Shown here piece after piece: positions 50,101-62,200 of a DNA stretch of 64,000 bases. The stretch's first letter is position 1; the number at the start of each line of letters is the position of its first letter. The stretch lies in the NCBI GenBank assembly GCA_038087875.1, contig CM075987.1, positions 22,880,001-22,944,000 on the forward strand. Reading direction: 5' to 3'. The position numbers and the translations under genes were made by a program. The notes beneath the pieces are model-generated. The model worked only from the letters and a program-made list of their open reading frames with translations. It was not told where the DNA came from and made no database searches. Source of the stretch: Malacoraja senta. Lineage: Eukaryota.

Positions 50101-53100
50101 TTTAATCAACAATAAAGTTACGATGCAAGCTCTACCTCTGCCTGTTATTTCTATTAACTGTGATAAAGATCGCTAGTTTTGTCATTAGCTGAGCAGATGC
50201 TGCATTAGAATAGGCAGCAATGCTACATGAAAACCAGAGGCCAGAGTATACATTATTGATTAAACCTGCTGTAAAATTAATGAGCTGTGCACAACAATAT
50301 GCTAATGCATATGAGGAGAGTAACTGTGTGAGAATCAGGAGAAGCAAATTCTAAATCCAAAGATCAACAGTCTACCACATTGTATAATGCAGCAACAGCC
50401 CGTACAAAGAACATTTATTGTCACGTGTACCGAGGTACAGTGGAAAGCTTTTGTTGCGTGCTATCCAGTCAGTGGAACGCCAACACATGATTACAATCGA
50501 TCCATTTACAGTGTACAGATACATGATAATGGAATAAAGTTTAGTGCAAGGTAAAGCCAGCAAAGTCTGATCAAGTATAGTCTGCTGATCACCAAAGAGG
50601 TAGATAGTGGTTCAGCACTGCTCTCTGGATGTGGTAGGATGATTCGGTTGCCTGTTAACAGCTGAGAAGAAGCTGTCCCTGAATCTGGAGGTGTGTGTTT
50701 TCACACTTCTGTACCTTTTGCCTGATGGGAGAGTGGACAAGAGGGAGTGGGACAAGAGGGAGTGGGACATGAGGGTGCGACTCGACCTTGATTATGCTTC
50801 TGGCCTCGCCGAATGGGATTTTTATCTGACCCACAGCTTGTTGAACAAATCTCAGGGGCAGTACTGAGGGAGTGCCACACTGCCAGAGGGGCAGTACCAA
50901 AGACCCTATAGCGAGCAAGATAGACCACTCGTCGAAAAAGACGTAGTACGGTCACGGGCAGATTCACGGGTCATTTTCAGCCCCATTTCCGTAACCGGCT
51001 TCCGTCTCCGCACCAAAGATCCCATAGGATACTAGTGCGGAGACGGAAGCCGGTTACGGAAACATCCTCGTAAAAATAAAAGTTATTTGGGAAAAATCTT
51101 CTCCTCATTTTCAGAATTTTAATTTATTAACACAAACTGTTCCCCCGCAACGTTGATTACACTGCGGGTCGGGTCGGGTCGGGTCGGGTTACGGAAATGG
51201 ATGAAAAAAAGGCCCACGTTCCGCTCCGTTGCGTACTACACGTCAGCCCATTGCATTTAGAAGGAGTGGTCTATCTTGCTTGCTACAGGATCTTTGGGCA
51301 GTACTGAGGGAGTGCCCCACTGTCAGAGGGGCAGTACTGAGGAAGGGCCACACTGTTAGTGGGCATTAGGAAGGGCTGTCATCTTCGAAGTGCTGCATGG
51401 GGCTTCCACATCTCATGTTATTCTGTTGAATGTACCATTTATAGAGTTGTATCTGGACTCTCCAAATATTCTTAAAATGACCCATAATTTGTTTCCTCAG
51501 GTGTACCGGAAATATGGGAAGCAATATGGAGATGTTGTGAATCCCAACATCACTTACAGCCTCTACGTGCCCAAGCGAGGTTTTTACTATGACTGGCTCC
51601 CAGTTACTGGGGCATGTTCAACAACTTGTGGGCCAGGTCAGAACTCCATTAAAATTCATATTTAAGGACTTATTATTACACAGATATTAAGCAGAAATGA
51701 CAACAATTATTGTGTGGGAGGGAACTGCTGATGCTGGTTTAAACCGCATATAGACACAAAATGCTGGAGTAACTCAGCGGGACAGGCAGCATCTCTGGAG
51801 AGACGGAATGGGTGATGTTTCGGGTCGAGACACTTCTTCAGACTGAAAGCCCAGATTCCCCACGCCTCCAATTCTTCCACTCCAGCAACAACCACAAACA
51901 TTTTATTTATTTCCTCGAATGTTCTTCTCTCCTCCATGTGATGTGGTGTCTTGAGTGTGGTGCAGTGGTAGCGTACCATCTAACCAACCCGATCTCCCGC
52001 TTGCCCAGCGCTTCAACTCCCCATCCCATTCTGAATCTGACCTTTCTGTCCTGGGCCTCCTCCATTGCCAGAGTGAGGCCCAGCGTAAATTGGAGGAACA
52101 ACACCTCATATTTCGCTTGGGTAGTTTACACTCCAGCGGTATGAACATTGACTTCTCTAATTTCAGGTAGTCCTTGCTTTCTCCCTCCTTCTTCCCAGCT
52201 CTCCCACATAGCCCACTGTCTCCGCCTCTTCCTTTCTTTTTCCCGCCCCTCCCCGACATCAGTCTGAAGAAAGGTCTCGACCCGAATCGTCGCCTACTAC
52301 TTTTCTCCATAGATGCTGCTTCTCCAGCATTTTTTGTCTACAACAGGTATAGTCAGGTTTGCTCAGAGTACACTTTACTCAATTGTACAGAGCAGGTACC
52401 TATTCAACGAGATAAGGATTCAACCACAAAAGAACACAAAGTCAGGCAGAATCTCTGGAGAAAATGGATTGGTGACGTTTTGGCTCAAGACCCGAGACGT
52501 CATCTATTCATGTTCTCCACAAATGCTCAGTGTGTGGAGTTTGCACGTTCTCCCAGTGACCGCTTGGATTTTCTCCGGATGCTCCGGTTTCCTCCCATAT
52601 TCCAGACGTGCAGGTTTGTAGGTTAATTGGCTTCTGTAAATTGTCCCTAGTGTGTTGGATACAACTAGTGTAAGGGTGATCACTGGTTGGCATGGACTCG
52701 GTAGGCCAAAGGGCCTGTTTCCATGCTATATCTCTAAAACTAAAACTACAACTCCTTTGCAGTTCTTTGTTTCTACAAAGATTAAACCTTACATACAGTA
52801 ATGTCACTATATGTCACTCGTGAGCCTGTACAAATGTCAACCTTCCTAAGTGACCAAATATTTGAAGATCTGAGTGACTGTGGACATTATGGTTTGTTGT
52901 ACACTGCTGCAGGATCTACAAGCGTCTATTACGTGTGCAGAGACCAGAGCTCTGAGCAAGAGGTGGCACTACAGCACTGCTCCCAGTCAGTGAGGCCGGC
53001 AGATAGGTTGGAAGCTTGTAACATCGCATCGTGCCTCCCTTGGTAAGGCAGGGAAATCTCCCCAAAACAAAGTGCTATTTTCTCTCCCGTCACTTGAATG

Positions 53101-53174
53101 TGCAGATTCTCATTACGATCTACAGGCATTGTTCTGTGGGTCCCACACACACTGACCCTCACTGGGGTACGGGC

Positions 53175-53217
<43 letters not shown>

Positions 53218-53237
53218 ACCCTCACTGGGGTACGGGC

Positions 53238-53284
<47 letters not shown>

Positions 53285-56200
53285 ACCCTCACTGGCGTAC
53301 GGGCCCCACACACACACACACACACTGACCCTCACTGGGGTACGGGTCCCACACACACTGACCCTCACTGGGGTACGGGCCCCACACACACACACACACA
53401 CACACTGACCCTCACTGGGGTACGGGCCCCACACACACACTGACCTTAACCTTCCCTGCTCATAGAAGTCCAGACTTTCTCATTAATCTCAAAGCCCTAT
53501 AATTGTTGCCGTGGCAACTCAGTTGCATGAAGAAATTCTCCTGCTCTTCCTCAACTTTCTGAACTATCGAGATAAATGTTCCTGTTGTGGCCCTTTGCCG
53601 TGAGTGGGATATGCTGTGCAGTTGCAGAACCTCTCGCTACTCTTATTCCGGACCCACAGGTGGGAGGTGGGCGAGTTTGGTGCGTGCAACGCCTCATGTG
53701 GCGGTGGACAGCGGGAAAGGGACGTTCGTTGCCTGAAGCGGGAGGCACTGGAGACGCAGTGGACCTCTGACACCGACTGTGCTGACTCTCCCAGACCCCA
53801 GTCAATGGAAAGGTGCAACGAACACGGCTGCCCGGCCAGGTACATGATTCACACCTGTAAACTGTGGCGGGGAGGCACAGCAAAGACACCGTGACATTCA
53901 CAGTGTACAGATACAGGATAAAGGGAATAAGGGTTGGTGCAAGATAAAGGAAGGCAAGACCCCATCAAAGATATTGTATTGTATATCTTTATTGTCATTT
54001 CCTGAGTATTCGCATACCCAGAGGAAACAAAAAAACGTTCCTCAACCAGTGTCCATTTCAGTGTGCAGTAAAAAATAAATAGAAGTAAAAATACATATAT
54101 CATGAACAAATTAATACTCTACTCTACTAAACATCAACAGGCGTTCCGATCGGCAGCGGCACGACAGTGGCTCTGCTGCAGTGTGTCCAGGTTGGTGGTT
54201 GGTGCACGATACTTTGGCAGGGGACAAAGTCCGTTTATCAGTCTTATAACCTGCGGGAAGAAGCTGAGGAGCATCCTGCTGGTTTTGCACCTAATGCTCC
54301 GGTACCTCTTCCCAGATGGCTGGATGGAGAATATGTGATGGGATGGGTGGTAGGCGTCTTTGATGATGGAGATGGCTCTGCTGATACATCTCTTCCTGTA
54401 TATGTCCAGCAGGAAAGGGAGTGGAGCACCAATAATCCTGCTGGCGGTCTTCACAATCCTGTCTAGTTGGTGCCGTTCGTGCGCCTTGCAGCTCCCGAAC
54501 CAGGAAGTGATGCCGTAGGTTAATGTGCTCTCGATAGTCCGCGGGTCTCCAATGAAGTAGATAGTGGTGCAGGGATTGTTCTCTAGTTGTTGGGGTAGGA
54601 TGGGCCAAAGAAGACTCTGGCCGTAGGGTTTGAGGAAGCAGTCTGTTCAATGAGCTGCTGAGCTGTTCTTACTCCTTGGTCACTGCAGGTGGAATGTTTG
54701 GGAGACGAGCGCCTGCTCTGCATCGTGTGGAGTTGGAGCTGTTGAGCGGTCAGTTACCTGTGTCCAGTTCATCAACGGGGCGGATGTGGAAGTGAACCAG
54801 ACACGGTGTCCGGCAGTAACCCAGCCCCTGGACATCACTCCATGCATTGTCAGCATCTGCCCCTTCGTGCTGGATCAAGTACCCTGGTCTGAGGTAAATG
54901 CCCAGCAACTCCCTGTGTGAGTGAATGGCTGCATAACCCCGTGTCCATTTTGTACAAGCATGTATTTCCCTCGGAGCATCCAATACCTTCAAGATGACCG
55001 GACAGGTTGGTTCAAAGTAGCACATGGGTTTCATAAGATCATAAGTGATAGGAGCCATTCGGCCCATCAAGTCTACTCCGCCATTCATGGCTGATCCATC
55101 TCTCCTAACCCTATTCTCCTGCCTTCTCCCCACAACCTCTGACACCCGTGGGCTTACATTTTTAACTACAGATTATTAAAGCTAAGAGCCTCACGGCTCC
55201 AAGACCTGGTTTCGCATTGAAAGTTTTACAGGTAATGGTGTTCAAAATTAAGGTGAAACTTTCATCACTGGCATGTGAATGGGAAACCAGGCTGCACTGT
55301 AACGGGAAAATAGTCAGAGGGAATTAGAGGGGAAAATATATTACGGAATTTTCTTTTTCAATTGCATTGCTCTAGCTGCTGGCATTTCAAAAATATTTAT
55401 TGAAAAGGTATTTGATAAAGGATCAAGTAACACGGAGGCATGGGGAAAGAGCAGAGGACACAGGACTAATTGCAAAGCAGTTTTAAAGAGCTGGCATATG
55501 AAGGATGGGCTGAATCATCTCCTGCACTGTGTCATTGTGTTAAATAAGGTGATGTCCTTAGCAATGGAGTTTAAAAAAAAACTTTTTCTATTTCAGGTGT
55601 CCAATCAAGTGAGGAAGGAGATTGGAAAAGTCATGAATGTCACAGCCTTGGCAAGAATGCCAACACAGAGGGGCGGCTATCTCTGGGTTCCTATAAAGGG
55701 ACCCTGTTCTGTTAGCTGTGGCCAAGGTGAGTGTGCGGTGATGTTCAGAGTTCAAGTAATTGGTTTTGTTTGATTCATGCACCTGGTATTTAAACACTCA
55801 AGTGTTTTTCTTGGGGTAGAGGAGGCGCAGGGATTGAACTGTTGTTGAACTAACTAGTAGAAAAAACTTTTCTTTTTTTTAGTTTTAGTTTTAGAGATAC
55901 AACGCAGAAACAGGCCCTTCGGCCCACTGAGTCCGTGCCAACCAGCGATCCCCACACACAAACACTATCCTACACCTACTAGGGACAATTGACAATTTTA
56001 CCAAGACCATATAACCTACAAACCTGTACGTCTTTGGAGTGTGAGAGGAAACCAAATTAAAGTACATTTATTTATATAGCACTTTTCAATCAATTTCAAT
56101 CAAAGAAGCCAAAGTGCTTTACAGAGAAAATGATCCATATAAATAATAAAAAGAGGTAGAAAAAAAATGACACAACACACTATAAGAGATTCAACACGAA

Positions 56201-59200
56201 CATCCCCCCACAGCAGAATCGACACTCTCCACTGTGATGGAAGGCACTAAAACGTCCAAGAGCACCCAGAGAAAACCCACGCGGTCACAGGGAGAGCGTA
56301 CAAATTCTGTACCGAGAGCACCCGTAGTCAGGATTGAACCCGGCTCTACCGCTGCGTCACCGCGCCGCCCACGTCCACATGTGTTGTAAGGAATAGACTT
56401 TATCCCAATAGTTCATTCATAATTAAAGTCTGAAGGACTATCCATGTTCTTCAGGGATGCTGCTTGACCCGTTGACTTACTCCAGCACTTAGTGTCTTTT
56501 TGTTGTAAACCAGCATCTGCAGTTCCTTGTTTCTCCTCTCTAGAAGGCATAGTTCCACAGGGAGTCTGATATCCCCATGAAAAAACTCGAATAATGAACT
56601 GAAATCATCCAAAGCTGCTTCAGAGAAGCATAAATGTATCAACATTTGACGTCAAGCCATGTGTTGAGAAATTAGGATAATGACCAAAGGCTTGGTCAAG
56701 GAAGTATGGAGCAATGTAAGGGAGGTAAGGGAGGAAAGAGAGGTGTTTATTGAAGGAATTCTGATGTGCGAGCACTGTGTGGGTCAGCAACTTGTTTGAC
56801 CACAAGACATCGCAGGAAATTCATTCACACCTCTCCCTCTTTCAATCACGAACAACCATAACCTTATGCAGGAATCGATGAAGAGTAATTAAAATGGAGA
56901 GATAACCCGAGGCAGTCAGGTCAATTGGCAATCAACTCACTACGGTTAGACCAGATAATGCATCTGGGTCTTCCTGATTGATCTCTGTGGCTGCTCTTTC
57001 ATCAGACTCTGCACCGAACAAGGAGACACCAGAGGGAGCTCCTCTTCCTTATTTTGATTGTGTTTTATCTGATCGAGAGTCAAGAGTGTTCAACTGTCTT
57101 ATGCACTGGGACTGGAACGCTCAAATGCTTACTTGCTGCAACTATACAGGGCCATTAAATGCAACAACACAACAGATAAATATCTGATAACTTATCAGTT
57201 GTTCTGGGTAAAATAGTGCAAGCCAATGTATGTAGTGCAATCTTAATGCAAAAATCCACAATAGTTTGAGCTGTGGTAGGGTGGTGGTTATGGTTATGCA
57301 GGGGGGGGGGGGGGTTGATGGGAAGAAGCTGTTTTTGAACCTGGATGTAATGGTTCCCGGACTCCCGATGGTAGCTACAAGATGAGAGCATGGCCAGGGT
57401 AGTGTAGTCATAGATGATATTAGTTGCCTTACTGAAGCAGTGTGTCGTGTAGATCCCTTTGATGGTGGGGAGGTTCAATGCCTGAAGTGGATCAGGCAAT
57501 GACCAAAACTGAACATCTTACTCCAAATTGCACAAGATCAGTCCTATATGATAACTGTTTTTGGTTCACAGGGGTATCAGAGATCAGGTACGTGTGCATC
57601 AATGTTGAGACCAAGAAGGAATCACAACAAGAATATTGTGATCAGAGCTTCCAACCCCAGCTCCATTACATGGCATGTGCCAGTAAAACATGTCCCCCAT
57701 GGTAAGTCAGTTCAATATCATCAATTGACACCATTACTCTGATAACACTCCTAGTTTTTTTTATATCAAGTTCTGAAACATCGCAGGGAAGCATGGCTAT
57801 AGATCAGCTCCCACAGAAGGCAGGGTCTTCGTGCATCCTCTCGTTTCAGTATCAAACAATCCCAGGGAATATGCAACATAAGTCAGATACAAAGAACCCT
57901 TCAAAGCCACACTACAATTACACACTGTAATGGTAAGATGACACCAAGACTCATACAGCATGGAAACAGGCCCCTCGGCCCAGCTTACCCACGCCGACCA
58001 ACACGCCCCATCTACACTGGTCCAACTTGCCTGCTTTTGGCACATATCCCTCCAAACCTCTCCTTTCCATGTACCTGTCCAAACGTCTCTTCAACGTTGC
58101 AAAAGTACCTGCCTCAACTATCATCACCCTTTGTGTAAAAAGGTTAACTCTCAGCTTCCAATTAAAACGTTTCCCCCCCCTCACCTGAAACCTGTGTCCT
58201 CTGGTTCTCAATTCCCCAACTCTGGGCAAGAGACTCTGTGCGTTTACTCGATGTTCCTCTCATGATTTTGTACACCTCAAAATGATCACCCCTCATCCTC
58301 CTGTACTCCATGGAATAAAGCCCCAGCCTGCTTTACCACTGCCTATAGCTCACTCCCTTGAGTCCTGGCAGCATCCTGGTAAATCTTCCCTGAACCCTTT
58401 CAAGCTTGACAACATCTTTCCTACAACATGGTTCCCAAAAAGAGTGTTGTGTGTCGTTTTGATCTTCTTACCTAAGAAAGGAAATGCTTGCCATGGAGGG
58501 AAAACAAAGGCCTTTCGCCAAACCTTTCCTGGAATGTTGTGACTGTGGTGAGTGGAAGGATTCGTTCAACCAAGCCAACTCTAAGTTCAATTAAATTCAA
58601 CTCTAATTCATGAGATGGAATCTCATTGAAATGTACAAAATTCTAACAGGGCTAGACACACCAGATGTTTTTCCTGTCTACAGTGAATTTAGAACCAAGA
58701 GTTACAGTCTCAGAATATAGGGCAAGACTTTTAGGATAGAGATGATGAGAAATGCCATCACACTGATGGTGGCGAACTTATGCATTTCTCTATCACAGAA
58801 GACAACTATAACAATCTAAAATACATTTGGACAGTTACATGAATAGGAAACATTTCGAGGGGTTTGGGCCAAAAGCGGGCAGGTGGGACTAGTTTAGATG
58901 GGCATCTCAGTTGGCATGGACAAGTTGGGCCGAAGAGCCTGTTTCTGTACTGTACGACCCTATGACTCTAAGGCCCCTGTCCCACTTAGGTGATTTTTTT
59001 GGCGACTAGGCTGTTTTCAGAGGCTGACGCCTGTATGGTCGTGAGTCGTCTCCTCAAGCCGCCTAAAGAGTCGTAACGTTTTTCTGCTCGCTGCTGGATT
59101 TTGAAATGTTCAAAACCTTTCGGCGACTGTGGGCTTGACGTAGCTTGTCTTCTCCTGTCGTAGGTGCTGTCGCAGATTGTTGCCAGGGGTGATGCAGGTT

Positions 59201-62200
59201 GTCACCAGGTGACGTTGGTTGTCGCCGGGTGCTGACTTCGGTGAATTCCATTGGCGACTACCTACGTCAACTGGCGAGAGGTACCGGCGACTGAATTGTC
59301 TTCAGTTGTCGCCGACAGGGTATTTGTTGTTGTAGCTTGTCCCGGGTGGACGCAGGTTGACTTCGGTTGTCGTATGTTGTCGCCTGTGTGGTCGTAGGTT
59401 GTCGTCCTAAGTCGCAGCGATTGGGCCGCCGGTTGTCGGTAGCTTGCCGTAGCTTGACGTTGACTAGGTGGTAGGTTGTCGTAGGGGGGGGTCCAGTCGC
59501 TGCTTTTTCGGCAACCTGCTACGACTGTGACAGTCGCCGAAAAAAATCGCCTAAGTGGGACAGTGAGGGCAAAGTTGTTGAAATATATTTAAAAAGGGGG
59601 AGGCAGGTTTCTTGACACAAAAGGTATCAATGGATATATTCATAAATTGGGATTATCATATTGGAATGAAGGATCAGTGGCACAGTGGTAAAGTTGCTGC
59701 CTTACAGCACCAGAGACCCTGGTTCAATCCTGACTATAGGCACTGTCCGTACGGAGTTTGTATGTTCTCCCTGTGATCGCGTGGGTTTTCTCCGGGTGCT
59801 CCAGTTTCCTTCCACATCTCAAAGACGTGCAGATTTGTAGGTGAATTGGCTTCTATAAATTGTCCCTAGTGTGTAGGATAAAATTAGTGTACAGATGATC
59901 TATCGCTGGTCGTTGCAGACTCAGTAGGCCGAAGGGCCTGTTTCCATGCTGTATCTCTAAAAACTAAACTAAACTAAAACGATGTACTGAATGAAGGCGC
60001 AAAGTTAAATGGTCAGATGGGGTACTCCTGCTCTTGTTTTCAATGTTCAAAAATGCCACAAGTTAGGTAGAATAAACGCTCTTTCTTGGATCTGGAGAGA
60101 AGGCAGGTACGGGATACTGAGTTGGATGATCAGCCATGATCATATTGAATGGCGGTGCAGGCTCGAAGGGCCGAATGGCCTACTCCTGCACCTATTTTCT
60201 ATGTATCTATTTTCTATCTCCTGTCAAACGCATCCAGAAAGTAAAGGTCCAGGATTGGTAAAAGTGACCTTGAAGTTATGAAATAGCCACAAAATCTCAA
60301 GTGGTTTCCTAACATTCCTCAGGGAAGGAAATTGGATCTCCTTTGTGGGACTGATTGTATCTGCAGCCCTCCATCATTATCTCTGACTCCTAAATACCAT
60401 CTGATGTGACCCAGCAAGGCTCTCCGTTTCTCTTCAGAGATTGCATAGAAGAATGACACATTAAAAATCTGCACCAGCAATCTACATGCCTGTGAAGTTG
60501 AGCAGGGTGAGCGGATATTGAGTAAGACCTGATACCCTGGCTCAGTCCCACCAGGCCCCAGACCCTGGGGGACCCAACACAGACAGTGGAGCACATAGTC
60601 ACCAGTTGCCCCAAACACCGGCCACCGAATGGTGAACAAGGTCTGATTGACCTGGACGATGACACGTTGGCCTGGCTCGCCTCAACAGAGCTGCAGGTCT
60701 AAAAGACATATGACAGAAGAAGAAGTCCCACTCTCCTTAACCCAGGGTCCTTGATGTTAAGAGAGAGTTGCATAGAACTCTTAGGGCTAACGGGATCAAG
60801 GGATATGGGGAGAAAGCAGGAACGGACTACTGATTGTGGATAATCAGCCATTATCGTATTGTATGGCGGTGCTGCCTCGAAGGGCCGAATGACCTATTTT
60901 GTATGTTTCTGTTTATATGTTACTTTGTACTTTCTGTCATTTACTCTTTTAAAGGTGGGAAGTCCATGAGTATGGGTCCTGCAATGTAAGTTGCGGGGGT
61001 GGAGTACACGAGAGGGAAGTGCACTGCATAAAGAAAACGCGGTATTTGTACCAAAGGGTTCCTCCCTTGGAATGTGGCAACGCTCCAAGACCAATCTCCA
61101 TGGAGATGTGCAATTCTGATCCCTGTCCTGTAAGGTAACAACCCTTCATCCACGGATAAACATTTGTGTGCTTTCTCTCTAAGTGAGATTTCCTGTTATT
61201 ATTAACAAATGGACTTAAACATGAAGGCTAAGAATGGCCAACCAAAGACCATTCCTTCAGTATCCAGACACAGTTCTCCAATATCTAATGTTCTGAACAA
61301 AAAAAGACACAAAGTGCTGGAGTAACTGCAGGGCACGCGGTGGCACAGCGGTAGAGTTGCTGCCTTACAGTGCCAGAGTCCCGAGTTCGATCCTGACTAC
61401 GGGTGCTGTCTGTACGGAGTTCGTACATTCTCCCCGTGACCACGTGGGTTTTCTCCGGGTGCTCCGGTTTCCTCCCACATTCAAAAGACGTACAGTTTTG
61501 TAGGTTGATTGGCTTCGGTAAGAATTGTAAATTGTCCCTAGTGTGTAGGATAATGTTAGTGTACGGGCGATCGCCGGTTGGCGTGGACTTATTGAGCTAA
61601 AGGGCCTGTCTAATAATGTTTTAATATTAATGTTTAATGTTTTATATGTCATCCCTATCTGTCACTGTATGTCATATTGTCATATTGTCACTTGCGGGTG
61701 GGGCACCGAGGCAAATTCCTTGTATGTGAATACTTGGCCAATAAACTTATTCATACTTCCCGTGCTGTATCGCTAAACTAAACTAAACGGACCAGGCAAC
61801 ATCTCTGGAGAACATGTACAGGTGACATTTTGGTTTTGGGTCGGGACCTTCTTCAGCCTGACCTGAAAGGTCACCCATCCTTTTTCTCCAGAGATGTTGC
61901 CTGACCCGATGTGTTACTCCTGTACTTTGTATCTATCTTCAATTATTTAAAGTAGTTGCCACACGCCACCGTCTGATAGTTTTTCACTTGAACTATACTG
62001 TTTATTATACAGATTGATGTTGTTGCTTTTGTATGTCCATCCAACAATCTATACCCTGTCTGTTTTCTATCATGCGCTCTGTCTGAGTTTGGTTGGTTGG
62101 GCCACCGCTTGCCTCGTGCTGGCGTCTGACCGATTACACTGTTAAGTCTCCCATGACTCTCCCTAAACCTTTTCTGAAGATGGCGGTACAAGTCTGAATC

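Noticed and set aside
53146..53446. CRISPR-like repeat-spacer array
   Set aside because: It lies in a eukaryotic intron, the spacers are just (CA)n, and there are no cas genes.
60438..60700. Possible extra ADAMTS13 exon after the acceptor-like tctcttcag
   Set aside because: It encodes no TSP1 motif, and the downstream part is a LINE 3' end with a (GAA)n tail.
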